Counted from the whole stretch's first letter, positions 24,569-36,374 are shown. The stretch is 63,042 nucleotides of DNA, filler included, from Stramenopiles sp. TOSAG23-2 (GCA_900128395.1; 54 parts of 54 records of this genome joined end to end with filler, not necessarily neighbours in it), one strand, 5' to 3'. The notes: generated by a model from the letters alone, not told the origin. A program made the numbers and translations.

Positions 24569-24668
24569 NNNNNNNNNNNNNNNNNNNNNNNNNNNNNNNN
24601 NNNNNNNNNNNNTTAATTAATTAANNNNNNNNNNNNNNNNNNNNNNNNNNNNNNNNNNNNNNNNNNNN

Positions 24669-25740
24669 ATCATTATTATTATTATCATTATTATTATTAT
24701 CATTATTATTATTATTATGATTATTATTATGATTATTATTATTATTATTATTGCTATTATCATCTTTTATATCCATAACTTTATTAGTACCTTCATCATT
24801 ATCATTGTTTTTGTCTATCGGTGCTTCTTTTATAGGTGATGGCAAAAATGTTTCTTTCTCAGGTGATGAGGAGAAAAAACCACTGACATTTCTCCATGAT
24901 TTTCTATTTTTTCGCTCTTTTGGAATATTTGTAATTTTTAATTTTGTTGTTGATTTTAATGCCTCTGCATCTGATATTCTTGCTTCTAAAACACGTTTTG
25001 ATTCTTCTAATATTTGTATTCTTAATTCAGCAATTTTAATATTTAATTTTCCTGCTAGAAAATATGGCAATCGTAATTGTTTATCGAAACCATAACGCAT
25101 TAATTGTGCTTGGCGATTTTCAGTATATTTCCTCAATTCCTCTAATTTTTGTAAGCGTCGACGCAAAGCAATATTTAATTTTTTCAACTGTTCCTTGAAA
25201 TTATCTATATAGACTGTTAAATCAGCAACTGCTTGTCGTAATAAATACATTTCTTCACTTTCCTTCCAAAGTAAAGATTTTACTTGTGCAAAACGGTTAG
25301 ATTTAAAATCAAAATATAATTCTTCCTCTTTGACATTGAACGATTTATTTACATGATGATCTGTATCGCCAAATTTTATACTATCTAATGCATCAAACTC
25401 TTCTAAAGATAATCTTGAGCCTTTATCTAAAATATCAAATTCATCAAATCCAGCATCTGTTGAAACTGATCGTCGATGTGTTGCATGGCTCCCACCATCT
25501 ACCAATAACTTTTGCAATTGCTGCGGCCCTAATTTCAAACTGGCTTGTTTATTCTGACGTCTTAACAATAATTTTGCATCGTCTTGTACTTGTTTTATTT
25601 TATTAATTAATAATTGTTTTCCTTTTTTCTTTTTATTATTATCTTCTTCTTTATTATTTTTAGTATTATTATTATTTATCGCACTATGCGTTATGTATGC
25701 ATTATCAATAATACCCGACATTTTTTAAAAAAAAACATGG
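24669..25740 (-). CDS. Asn-rich coiled-coil protein fragment
   Basis: Long open frame with a heptad region and poly-Asn. Confidence 0.6.
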
Positions 25741-27012
25741 NNNNNNNNNNNNNNNNNNNNNNNNNNNNNNNNNNNNNNNNNNNNTTAATTAATTAANNNN
25801 NNNNNNNNNNNNNNNNNNNNNNNNNNNNNNNNNNNNNNNNGTGGTTGGTTTGTATTTTGCATCATCATTTGTTGATTCATATTTATATATATTATTTTCT
25901 ACAACAATCTTTCTTATTTCCCACTTCTATATATATACGCGTGTGTTATTATAATTTGGTAAAAATGAATATGAAATATACCTATGTTTGATAATAATCT
26001 ATCTTGGAATAATAATGTACATGTGGATAAGTTTATGACTATATATGTTATTAATTTGTTTTATTAGGGATATATATATTTACTCAAAATGCAAAATTAA
26101 AATGTGGACGAACTGATTTATTTTAGGAACCTTTCCTGGCAATGCTGTGTATATGCTAAATCCAAATTGGATGAGCTGGCCCAGCTTGGGAGAGGCAAAA
26201 CAAAGCTACTCCAAATATAAAAATAAATGGGTGGGAGTTTTACAAACATTCATACGAATAGGTTCAGACTGTATTACAAAACAGACAAATAACTTAAAAA
26301 TAGGAAACATTTACCTATAATAATACGATACAAATATAATAATTAAGGTACATATAATAAATATACATATAAATTTAAAACATATAACAATACAATACAT
26401 ATACTACTAACTAGGAACATATACTACTCTAAGAATACATAAAAATAAAAGAAAGAGAAGCGTCAGAGTATGAAGGTGAGGTAAGCCAACTCAGGTCTAC
26501 ACTCAAGTGGGCTGTTAGACATCAAAACGACACCTATCAAAATAGCAGGTAAATATCATTAAGCGTTCCATTTTGTGATTTTTTATAAAATATTTATATT
26601 ATTTTTTTTTATTAGATTTTAGATTTATAGATTAAAATACGCATACATAGAGATAAAAATACGATACGTGTATATATACCCCCTTCCCGGATTTAATAAT
26701 CGTTTTAATGACAATTATTATTATTATTAAAATTAATTATATTATTATCGATTGATTGTTACGTATTTGTAAGGTTTGGAACATAAATAAATAATATTTT
26801 AATAAAAGAAACTGCTAATTTAATTTTTTTGAATGTTGAACTAAAAAAAGGTTACTTAATAATAACAATGGCAGCAATAGTACAACAATGGGTCGATGAA
26901 AATAATAATAAANNNNNNNNNNNNNNNNNNNNNNNNNNNNNNNNNNNNNNNNNNNNTTAATTAATTAANNNNNNNNNNNNNNNNNNNNNNNNNNNNNNNN
27001 NNNNNNNNNNNN

Positions 27013-27582
27013 CATGTTACGAATGAAGATGTAGATTTTGATGATGGTGATAATTATAATAGTAAAGAGATGAATAACGTTAAAAAGAAGAAAGATACTT
27101 TTTACCAACGATATAATGATCATAACGACGTTGCTGATGAAGTAAATTCTAAACGTATTTTGAAATTAAATAATGACGTACGTAATGTAAATGGTGAACG
27201 TGTTTCAAACGATGTTCTTCATTTGGATGAGAAGAATGTTGTATTTGATAATCGAATCAATATTGGAAATGGTAAGGGACGTGATTTGGAGGAAAGAAGA
27301 CTTAGGAATGATATTGGTCGATCGTTGGTAAGTGAATGGAATGAGGATTTAACATCTGGAACGTATATATTGTTACATGATGTGAAAATAACAGATACTG
27401 TTAAGGTTGAGGATGGTACATTGGACATTACTGGTATTGTTGGTGGCGATGGTAAACGACCAGCAATTGATGGTGGTGGTACCCCAGGCTGTAAAAGCAA
27501 TTGTCCTGGTTATAGAGTATTTGTTGTTGACCGTTCTGATCCCAAATTGATATTAACAAATTTGACGATCAAGAACGGCTGG
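27013..27582 (+). CDS. Exon encoding the start of a right-handed beta-helix (Pmp/pectin-lyase-like) domain, preceded by an RRL putative processing site
   Basis: LDITG....RPAIDGGG...YRVFVV...KLILTNLTIKNGW ends exactly at a phase-0 donor TGG|GTATGT. Confidence 0.75.
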
Positions 27583-27704
27583 GTATGTAGATATATATAT
27601 ATATTTCACTTTCAGATCATTTTTCAATAATGGTTTTCTTTATGTATCAAAGCAATTACTAACTGTTTCAATTATGTTATATTATGTTGTGAAAAAACGT
27701 GTAG

Positions 27705-27707
27705 GTT
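27705..27707 (+). CDS. 3-nt microexon (GTT, Val)
   Basis: acgtgtAG|GTT|GTAAGT; branch point TACTAAC at 27657. Confidence 0.65.
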
Positions 27708-27802
27708 GTAAGTAATTTTCAATACTGGTTATCTGTTTTCTTTACGTTTCAAACCAATTACTAACTGTTTCAATTATGTTATGTTATGAAAATCACGTGT
27801 AG

Positions 27803-27805
27803 AAT
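27803..27805 (+). CDS. 3-nt microexon (AAT, Asn)
   Basis: acgtgtAG|AAT|GTAAGT; branch point TACTAAC at 27759. Confidence 0.65.
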
Positions 27806-27905
27806 GTAAGTAGATTTCAATATTGATTGTCTGTTTTCTTTTATGTATCAATGCAATTACTAACGGCTTCAATTATGTTATGTTATGTTGTGAAAAAACG
27901 TGTAG

Positions 27906-27908
27906 GCT
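27906..27908 (+). CDS. 3-nt microexon (GCT, Ala)
   Basis: acgtgtAG|GCT|GTAAGT; branch point TACTAAC at 27858. Confidence 0.65.
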
Positions 27909-28008
27909 GTAAGTAGTTTTCAATACTTGTTGTCTATTTTCTTTATGTATCAAACCAATTACTAACTGTTTCAATTATGTTATATTATGTTATGAAAATC
28001 ACGTGTAG

Positions 28009-28011
28009 TAT
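28009..28011 (+). CDS. 3-nt microexon (TAT, Tyr)
   Basis: acgtgtAG|TAT|GTAAGT; branch point TACTAAC at 27960. Confidence 0.65.
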
Positions 28012-28611
28012 GTAAGTAGTTTTCAATATTGATTGTCTGTTTTCTTTTACGTATCAAACCAATTACTAACTGTTTCAATTATGTNNNNNNNNNNNNNNNN
28101 NNNNNNNNNNNNNNNNNNNNNNNNNNNNTTAATTAATTAANNNNNNNNNNNNNNNNNNNNNNNNNNNNNNNNNNNNNNNNNNNNGGTTGAACCGGAACGA
28201 GAATGTAATGAGAATGACATTTTCTTTTGGATTGATATATTATATATATATATACGAGTATGTATGTATCTCTATCTTGATACGAAATTATACAAAACGA
28301 TATATCTATATGCCTGTTTATATCTCTATAATATCTCTCTATCTTTTATAGGATATCTTTACTTTTGTATTGTGTTGTTTCTTCTTTCACTTTGTATTAA
28401 TATTGAAGGGTATATGTAAGAATAGCGTACTAATAGGTGCATATAAGCACATAAGCTGATTGATGATCTTTGAAAAAAAATAACTGTCACATTCTTTGAA
28501 ATGATGAAAAATATGAATTCATATAAGTACGCTATTTAGAATACACGTACCTCCTAGCAAAGACCTGAATTAATATAGGCCCCTGAACTTATAACACCCT
28601 TAAATTAAAAT

Positions 28612-28812
28612 TGGTTCAAAAAGGTGGTCCACAGTATTCACCTGCTATATATGGAATAGCATACAAGATAGACATATTTAGAATATATTATAGTATTATA
28701 TTAGTATATAAAAAGTACGCTTAATAAATGTAATATAGTAATACCATTGCAATGCTATGTAGTGTATATACCACTATAGCAGGGGAATACTGTGGACCAC
28801 CTTTTTGAACCA
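28612..28812. mobile_element. MITE-like 201-bp element with 38-bp inverted repeats
   Basis: tggttcaaaaaggtggtccacagtattc(a)cctgctata at 28612-28649; reverse complement at 28775-28812 with 1 mismatch. Confidence 0.7.
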
Positions 28813-29356
28813 CATAGGATAGTGCTAATCTAGGTCCTAGACTTTAAGGTAATTCGAGTGATGGTATGTTCATGCTATTCGTTTGCATACGAGGACCTAT
28901 GACTTGTTGTTTTAAAATGGTTGATTAAACATTTGATGGACACATGTGTGCATGTATATATATATATAATATATATATGCATTAGCAGCAGGTTAATATA
29001 TTGCCAATTAAACGTTTGGGAAAGATTTCGATATAGTATCAGTAGTGTTTCATCAATATATAATACATACCAGTACCAATATCAATATCATTAATATATA
29101 TATATATTAGTAGTAAAATATTTCGGTATTTTTTCATTATAGTAGTGTTTCATATATATATATACAATATGTCATGGCCACGTAAAATATTTAAATTACA
29201 GGATGGATTTATAAGACAAGATCCAGAACAATTAGTTGGGAAAAAAGTCCTTTTACNNNNNNNNNNNNNNNNNNNNNNNNNNNNNNNNNNNNNNNNNNNN
29301 TTAATTAATTAANNNNNNNNNNNNNNNNNNNNNNNNNNNNNNNNNNNNNNNNNNNN

Positions 29357-30265
29357 CCAGTAATAAAAATGGTAAAATCAGCCCGTAACCATCAATCATT
29401 ATATGTTGAATGGGAAATGCCAATAGCCTTGAATACGAGCTTTATCAATACAATAAAAAATATTGTTTTAACACCATATAATGCAGAGACCAATGAGGAG
29501 GATTTGCTGGGCAAAACAAAGTTTCCAGCAAATGCCTCACATGGAATTACTAATCCGTTGTCAAATTTTATTTTTGACCAAGTTTATACATTGGCAATTC
29601 ATTACGAATATGTTACAAATGCACATAGTAATCCAACAAGGCCGTGGGCAAAAAACTGGAAAACAACGAAAGATTGTAGTGCTGATGATTTTTACTTAAA
29701 TATAGAGGGAACAGACATGATAGATAGTAAAAAATGGCTTTGTAAACCATGCCCTGAATTTGCTTCTTGTAAAGGGGCTGTAACAATAAATCAATTAAAA
29801 GCTAAATTTGGGTATTGGTCATTGAACAAAACGCAATATTATCAATGCTTGCAACCAAGTGCATGTTTAGGTGCTATAAATAAACGTTACATTGATCGCT
29901 TTCATGAAGCCAGAATTGAGCACAATGAGACATGCGCAACCTCTCTTGGTTTTCAAAACAACAGTCGTTTATGCGCATCTTGCGCTGCAAGCTTTGCAAG
30001 AGGAAATGGACTTGGTACATGTGTAAAATGCGAAAAAGATACAAATGTATTTGTTTTTTTCGCTGGTGTTCTCGTAGCCTCTATGGTTTTAATAATGCTC
30101 ATCAAAATTACAGTTTTTAAAAAAGTTAATATTGAAGAAGATGCGCAATTTCACCTACGGTGGGGTATCAAAAAAGAAGATCAAGTCCAATTTAGCGATG
30201 GCGTTAAGAAAATTGCGCTGTCATATTTACAGACAGTATTATTAGCAGCATCAATGAATGTCCCA
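29357..30265 (+). CDS. Large membrane receptor-like protein (FN3-like + Cys-rich + start of multi-TM region), fragment
   Basis: CKPCP..ASC.G.......K.GYW...C..PSAC.G...RLCASC...F.R....C.KC, then a TM helix and KIALSYLQ. Confidence 0.75.
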
Positions 30266-30427
30266 GATTCTCTACCAGCAAATTGAATCTTAACCTTTTT
30301 CGGGCCATTCGACCAGGCCGGATAAATACGAAAACCTGTGATACTATGTGATTTTTGTAAATCAAACAAAACCCAAGTATCCGAAGACATTTTTAAGTGC
30401 ACGCGAGTATCTAAATTACCATCAATT
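30262..30427 (-). CDS. F5/8 type C (discoidin-like) domain fragment, fused head-on to the preceding gene
   Basis: DGNLDT...WVLFDLQKSHSITGFRIYP...GPKKVKIQ. Confidence 0.6.
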
Positions 30428-31233
30428 NNNNNNNNNNNNNNNNNNNNNNNNNNNNNNNNNNNNNNNNNNNNTTAATTAATTAANNNNNNNNNNNNNNNNN
30501 NNNNNNNNNNNNNNNNNNNNNNNNNNNTATAAATTGTTGTTGTTGTTGTTCTATGTTCTATATATCTATCGTTTGTATCTATTATAGTGCTTTTTGTGAT
30601 ATTATTATTATTTATATTGATTGGTAATGGTAATTGTATGCTATTAATATTATTCAGTGCTATGCAGATGCTAAATTCATTTTTGTGATTCCATTTATTT
30701 TTGTGCAGCTTTGATGGCTGGATGGCAGCAATCCTTAGCAAGGTATATTGTGACAAAATGAAAGTTGTGGCACACTCTCAACACACCATACATTGGCTTG
30801 TAAACAGGAAACATAGGTCCTTGAGTGTAATGGACTGGTTCAAACCGATACACCGTTTCAGTAGCATTAGCTGGTGTGTAATCTATGGCTGCTTGGTATT
30901 CTAATTGATTCACTGATGTTGTAAGTGATTGCTTGTTTCTTCTGGGGAAAGAATATGCAAACTCAAGCAAACATTGCTGTTGTGGTGCTGCAGCACCATC
31001 ATAGATGGTGTGTTGGCTCACAGTATGACACCAATTTGTTTTGTAAGTGCTTCTTTTATTGTTTTCGGAGAAGCAATAACGTTTGGAGATTTTGGATAAC
31101 TATCCTTCAATAATGTTATGTGTCTCGATTTCTTCTTCATGACAGTGGCACACAACCTGTGTTGCTTCATCTTTCCTGTTGCTCTTAGTTGAGCTAATCT
31201 TTGCTCTGATTTCTGGTGCTTAGAACAGTATCT

Positions 31234-31440
31234 AATGCACAAGAAAATCTAGAAAAGTTAGGAGGTAGTATTTTATTCAGCGCAATGGATTTATTAAGCA
31301 GGTTTTGGCAAATTAAGTTAGATGACGAATCAAAGCAGAAAACGGCAGTAGCAACTCCGTACGGATTATTTGAACATGTAGTCATGCCTATGGGTCTCTG
31401 CAACGCACCGCAAACATTCACGCGAACTATAGACTTATAA
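31234..31440 (+). mobile_element. Ty3/Gypsy LTR retrotransposon reverse transcriptase fragment
   Basis: FSAMDLLSRFWQI...KTAVATPYGLFE..VMPMGLCNAPQTF; truncated before YxDD. Confidence 0.9.
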
Positions 31441-31755
31441 GTTTTCATCAATACTTTTCTTCTATGTATTTAAAAACGGCCTCTATGATGCACTCCGTTT
31501 TCCATTTTTCATGTTACAATTAGGGTAAAAATATATACACTAATAATACAAAAAACAGAATTTTAAAGTCAACAAACAACAAACACACACATATACTCNN
31601 NNNNNNNNNNNNNNNNNNNNNNNNNNNNNNNNNNNNNNNNNNTTAATTAATTAANNNNNNNNNNNNNNNNNNNNNNNNNNNNNNNNNNNNNNNNNNNNAC
31701 CTTACCGGTAATATATTTTAAATATAATATTTTTTATATATATATAGATTAAATA

Positions 31756-32694
31756 TCAATCCTCTTTAAATTTCTTTTTCCATATAATATATGAACCACA
31801 TCCAGTAAAAAATAAAAAGAACACAATGGAGAGAACAATCAAGAAATAATGCCACCATTTTAAAATCGCTTTCGTATACAATGTATCATCACGATATTCA
31901 GCTTGATCAATTAAAATAAATGCACGTCCATCTTTTCCCCAATAATCAATACTTTTTAGATTTTCTGCTGTTTTTTGTTTTACACGATAACGATCATAAT
32001 CTAATTTAAATTCACCATAATAACGTCCCCATTTCTTACTATCAATTGGTAATGCATTATAAATTAGATGTGGATCAATTGTTATATTTAGTACTGTTGG
32101 TCCATTGAATTGCGTTCCATTTAACTTTTCAGTATAAAATGGTATTTTCTGCAATGAAAAATCTGTCATTCCATAAAATTGAATTCGACCATATACATTT
32201 ATTGCACGTGAAGATGCCCACATAGATTTACCAATTTGATCATTTACATACCAATAATTAAAGCTTGTATCTTCTAAACAAAATAGATTTGCGATGGATC
32301 CACTAGCAGTTGTTCCATTACATTTACGAGGTGTATGATCCTTCGTATTTTCAAATCCACAAATTAATTTCACTTTCCAAATAACCTTCTTTGATTTTTC
32401 TGGTGAATCCATGTTCGATAAACGATAACATGGTGGTATACCATGTAAGTTTGTATTGTATCTATATTGATTTAATATTTCTTTGGATAATGTAGCGCCA
32501 TTTGTTTCAAGGCATCGCTTAATATTTGGATTTATCCAAGTTAAATTGCACATGTTTGTTTTTAAATTTTCACATGTCAAACCAGCGTAGCTGTATGCAT
32601 ATTCGTGCGTTAGATGACATATGCAATATAAAGAGGAATAGAGGCTAAAAAGTACATGATGATATATACTACTTACTCGTGTGGACATGCACAA
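31756..32694 (-). CDS. Single-pass membrane protein, C-terminal part
   Basis: 312-aa ORF with a C-terminal TM segment (WWHYFLIVLSIVFFLFF) and a basic tail. Confidence 0.6.
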   Translation of the reverse strand: MCMSTRVSSIYHHVLFSLYSSLYCICHLTHEYAYSYAGLTCENLKTNMCNLTWINPNIKRCLETNGATLSKEILNQYRYNTNLHGIPPCYRLSNMDSPEKSKKVIWKVKLICGFENTKDHTPRKCNGTTASGSIANLFCLEDTSFNYWYVNDQIGKSMWASSRAINVYGRIQFYGMTDFSLQKIPFYTEKLNGTQFNGPTVLNITIDPHLIYNALPIDSKKWGRYYGEFKLDYDRYRVKQKTAENLKSIDYWGKDGRAFILIDQAEYRDDTLYTKAILKWWHYFLIVLSIVFFLFFTGCGSYIIWKKKFKED

Positions 32695-32912
32695 AAAGAT
32701 TGATTATATGATACCTTAAGACATGGAAAAGTTATTGATGACTCATTTAATAACGTTGATCCAATCTTNNNNNNNNNNNNNNNNNNNNNNNNNNNNNNNN
32801 NNNNNNNNNNNNTTAATTAATTAANNNNNNNNNNNNNNNNNNNNNNNNNNNNNNNNNNNNNNNNNNNNATATATATACAAATATAGATAGATAAATACTT
32901 GTCACAACAACG

Positions 32913-33937
32913 ATGGGGCAAATTATTGATCGTGCATCGTCGCCATTGTTTCTAACAAATACGCAGAAAAAAGTGGAAGAGATTACACAAAATTGGACAG
33001 TAGAAACTATTGTTAGTGCTGCAAATGTTGCTAAGGTTAAATATTTCAATACTAGAAGAAACTATTCTTTAACCTTTGATGAGTTTATAACATTGCCATT
33101 TTTATTTTTGTACAGGCAACCAACCAATGAGAGTGAATCCATAGACAATTTAGAGCGCGTATGGGCTTTATTTGTTAATGGTGGTTTTGAAGATGATGAA
33201 ATTGATGAAGATACTGGTGAGATTATTTATCCAACATCTTGGAACAATGTACATATAGATGGTTTACAATTTTTTTCATCCATTTTATGGGTCTTACCAC
33301 GAAGAAGCGATGATCGCGATAAGCTTTTTGCAACATTCACTTTATTTGATTTTTCAAATCGTCAACAGCTAAGCGAAATTGAAGTAATTACATTGTTATC
33401 TTGTTGCTTAAGCGGGTTGCATATATTTACAGAAGGTTTTGTTTTATTGCCACGCGTTGATCACTTACAATTTATAGTCCAACATATTTTTGAAAATGTA
33501 AAAAAAGAATCATACTCCTCGTCCATAGATAAACATAATAATAAGAAAAAACAAACAAAACGTAACGCTACAACTCGTATTGATTATCCTTTGTTCGTTC
33601 AATATTATGATGAGATGGAACAAACATCTATAGATGCTCTCCTCTTAGCTGATGTTAAGTCCAACATATTTTTGAAAATGTAAAAAAAGAATCATACTCC
33701 TCGTCCATAGATAAACATAATAATAAGAAAAAACAAACAAAACGTAACGCTACAACTCGTATTGATTATCCTTTGTTCGTTCAATATTATGATGAGATGG
33801 AACAAACATCTATAGATGCTCTCCTCTTAGCTGATGTTATTCGAAAAACGCGTGAGCCGGGCGGGATGAAAGGTTCAGATAAATGGCAAGGAACACGAGA
33901 TTCATGGATGGAATCCTTTTTGTTTTCATCAATTGAG
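32913..33937 (+). CDS. EF-hand (calcineurin-B/NCS-like) protein, interrupted by a 182-bp tandem duplication
   Basis: MGQ start (possible myristoylation); DKLFATFTLFDFSNRQQLSEIEV EF-hand. Removing one repeat copy restores the frame. Confidence 0.65.
33476..33839. repeat. Exact 182-bp tandem duplication
   Basis: 33476-33657 = 33658-33839. Confidence 0.95.
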
Positions 33938-34037
33938 NNNNNNNNNNNNNNNNNNNNNNNNNNNNNNNNNNNNNNNNNNNNTTAATTAATTAANNNNNNN
34001 NNNNNNNNNNNNNNNNNNNNNNNNNNNNNNNNNNNNN

Positions 34038-35005
34038 ATCCAGAAGCACATGCATTATCGTATGTCGTGAAAAATATAGATATGTCTGCATATAAAGGAG
34101 GAAAAGTACGTGTGACTTTTCGCATGTATGCATTTAATAATTGGGAACATTATTGTGAGTTAAATGGTGATCGCGTATTGATGCATGATCATAAGCAATA
34201 TAGAAAGGACAACCCAAGTCATAGGGCTTACCACTATCGAAATCTTGATCACATTGAAAAAAGAGCACGAGGTATGCATGCTGACCTTGGACCAAATGTT
34301 TGTCCATATGGCTATCCTTCGGTTTATGCAAAAGTATATAATAATCGAACCGGAAAGTATGATTTTATTTGGCATAAACGTGGGAAACGACAATTAGAAT
34401 GGGAATGTGGGGAATTAGATGTCTATACTGGTAAATTGTTTCATCCGGATAGTAGCACAAATGCGGAATCAAGTAAAAAGTGTATATCTACAGTAAATGT
34501 TGTAATACAACCCCCAGCAAATGGGATTTTAAAACTTATGATAGGTGTCAATATGCCAGAATGGAATATGGCAGAATGGAGTAACGAAAACTCAAATAAA
34601 ATAGCGCTCTGGGCCTTTGATGGATTAAAAATATACAATGTCGAAACAGAGATGGAATCACGGACATGCGAACTTGCAACTTCCAATGTGAAACGAAATT
34701 TTAAACTAGGTATGTTTAGCTTTCATGAAAATACCAATGGTTATTCAGAGAAGCCAGTCATTGGATCGGATGATGTAAAAATGGCATATAGATGTACTAC
34801 AGTTGAAAATGTAAATGAAAATGGAGACCCAAACGGTAATGGAGAAGCTAATAATGTGGAAAAGCAGCAATACACCGACTTACCATGTGACCCGAAGGGT
34901 GAGGTTGTATACTCAAATCACCCTGGAACAACGAAAGGCGGAAGATACCGTTGGCAACATAAAGCTTGCATAGATATAAACAAAGAAACATGGCCAAATG
35001 GAGGT
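34038..35005 (+). CDS. Extracellular-type unknown protein exon ending at a GTAAGT donor (35006)
   Basis: Long ORF whose composition turns to (TA)n intron-like sequence right after GGT|GTAAGT. Confidence 0.6.
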
Positions 35006-35040
35006 GTAAGTTTCATCACTACATTTCATATTTTTCATTC

Positions 35041-35079
<39 letters not shown>

Positions 35080-35206
35080 TATACCCCAGATACATATTCA
35101 TAATTTNNNNNNNNNNNNNNNNNNNNNNNNNNNNNNNNNNNNNNNNNNNNTTAATTAATTAANNNNNNNNNNNNNNNNNNNNNNNNNNNNNNNNNNNNNN
35201 NNNNNN

Positions 35207-35620
35207 CATCTATTTACCTTCATTGGTTTTCTCTATTATGGGAATATCAACACATTAGTGTGAGATAGATTATTTCAGTTATTGTATTCTTTTGAAGAGT
35301 AGGAATTATCATGAGTAAATTAAAACAATAAATCATGCGTAAATTATAGATTATATAATAATATATATATGAGTATAAGAGAAATAATATACCGTATATG
35401 ACTTGTACCCTGGTACAATTTATTCTCCGCCTTCCTATGATGTCCGTTTTCCATCAGCTATTATGAGTAGTTGATACCATCTATTTACCTTCATTGGTAT
35501 TCTCGATTATGAGAATATCAACACACTAGTGTGAGATAGATTATTTCAGTTATTGTATTCTTTTGAAGAGTAGGAATTATCATCTTGAGTAAATTAAAAC
35601 AATAAATCATGCGTAAATTA
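35207..35620. repeat. Dispersed repeat family, ~1.5 tandem copies (period ~271 bp)
   Basis: 35207-35345 is similar to 35478-35620; matches 16894-17062 and 18991-19103. Confidence 0.9.
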
Positions 35621-35712
35621 TCATATATATATTATGAGATCTCATATATATTACGAATGTATGTATCATATATTAAATATAAGCATATATAGAGACATTA
35701 ATAAACATCAAT

Positions 35713-36264
35713 TCATATATCATCATCATTGTTATCTTCTACATCAAACCCTTTCCATGCTTTCTCTGCTTCTTCATTAGTAACATCGCCTAAATCTAAT
35801 GCTAACATTAATTCTTTTAATTTCTCTTGTTTTTTCTTCTCACTTTCATATATAATAACACTTAAATGTTCAGTCAGCAATTGCTTTTTCTCACGCAATT
35901 CATTTACACTTTCATTTAACTCTACTAATTCTTTTTGTTTGATTTTAAAATTTGTTTCAGCAGATACCAATTGACTTTGTGTATATTCTATTTTTCCTCT
36001 TAAAACATGGATTTCTTTGGAAGTATCTGAATCTAATAATGATAATGTCTTTTTGATTTGCTTTAATTTAATTTCTTCCGCTTGCATTTTTTCAAACCTA
36101 TTTTGTAATGTATTCGATACTAATTTTTGTTTTTTTTCTATCTCCTGCTTTAATTTTGCAGGATTATCATTATAATATGCATTTGCTTCTTGTTGCGATG
36201 ATTCATTCTTCTTCGTATTAGTATTATTGGTATTATTATTGGTTTCAGCAGCTAATGTCGACAT
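35713..36264 (-). CDS. GORAB: RAB6-interacting golgin-like protein
   Basis: KLKQIKKTLSLLD...I.VLR.KI...K.LLTEHL..II...E.KK..KL.ELM matches the GORAB signature. Confidence 0.75.
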   Translation of the reverse strand: MSTLAAETNNNTNNTNTKKNESSQQEANAYYNDNPAKLKQEIEKKQKLVSNTLQNRFEKMQAEEIKLKQIKKTLSLLDSDTSKEIHVLRGKIEYTQSQLVSAETNFKIKQKELVELNESVNELREKKQLLTEHLSVIIYESEKKKQEKLKELMLALDLGDVTNEEAEKAWKGFDVEDNNDDDI

Positions 36265-36374
36265 CGTGGTAAGANNNNNNNNNNNNNNNNNNNNNNNNNN
36301 NNNNNNNNNNNNNNNNNNTTAATTAATTAANNNNNNNNNNNNNNNNNNNNNNNNNNNNNNNNNNNNNNNNNNNN

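Larger units (their letters stand above)
27583..28084 (+). repeat. Tandem array of ~95-122-bp spliceosomal introns separated by 3-nt microexons
   Basis: Introns at 27583-27704, 27708-27802, 27806-27905, 27909-28008 and 28012-(edge). Each has a GTA(A/T)GT donor and TACTAAC; the four complete ones end in ACGTGTAG. Confidence 0.85.

Noticed and set aside
27583-28084. CRISPR array or plain satellite interpretation
   Set aside because: The variable part is only 3 nt and there are no cas genes. The conserved elements are precisely spliceosomal signals in frame with an upstream exon.
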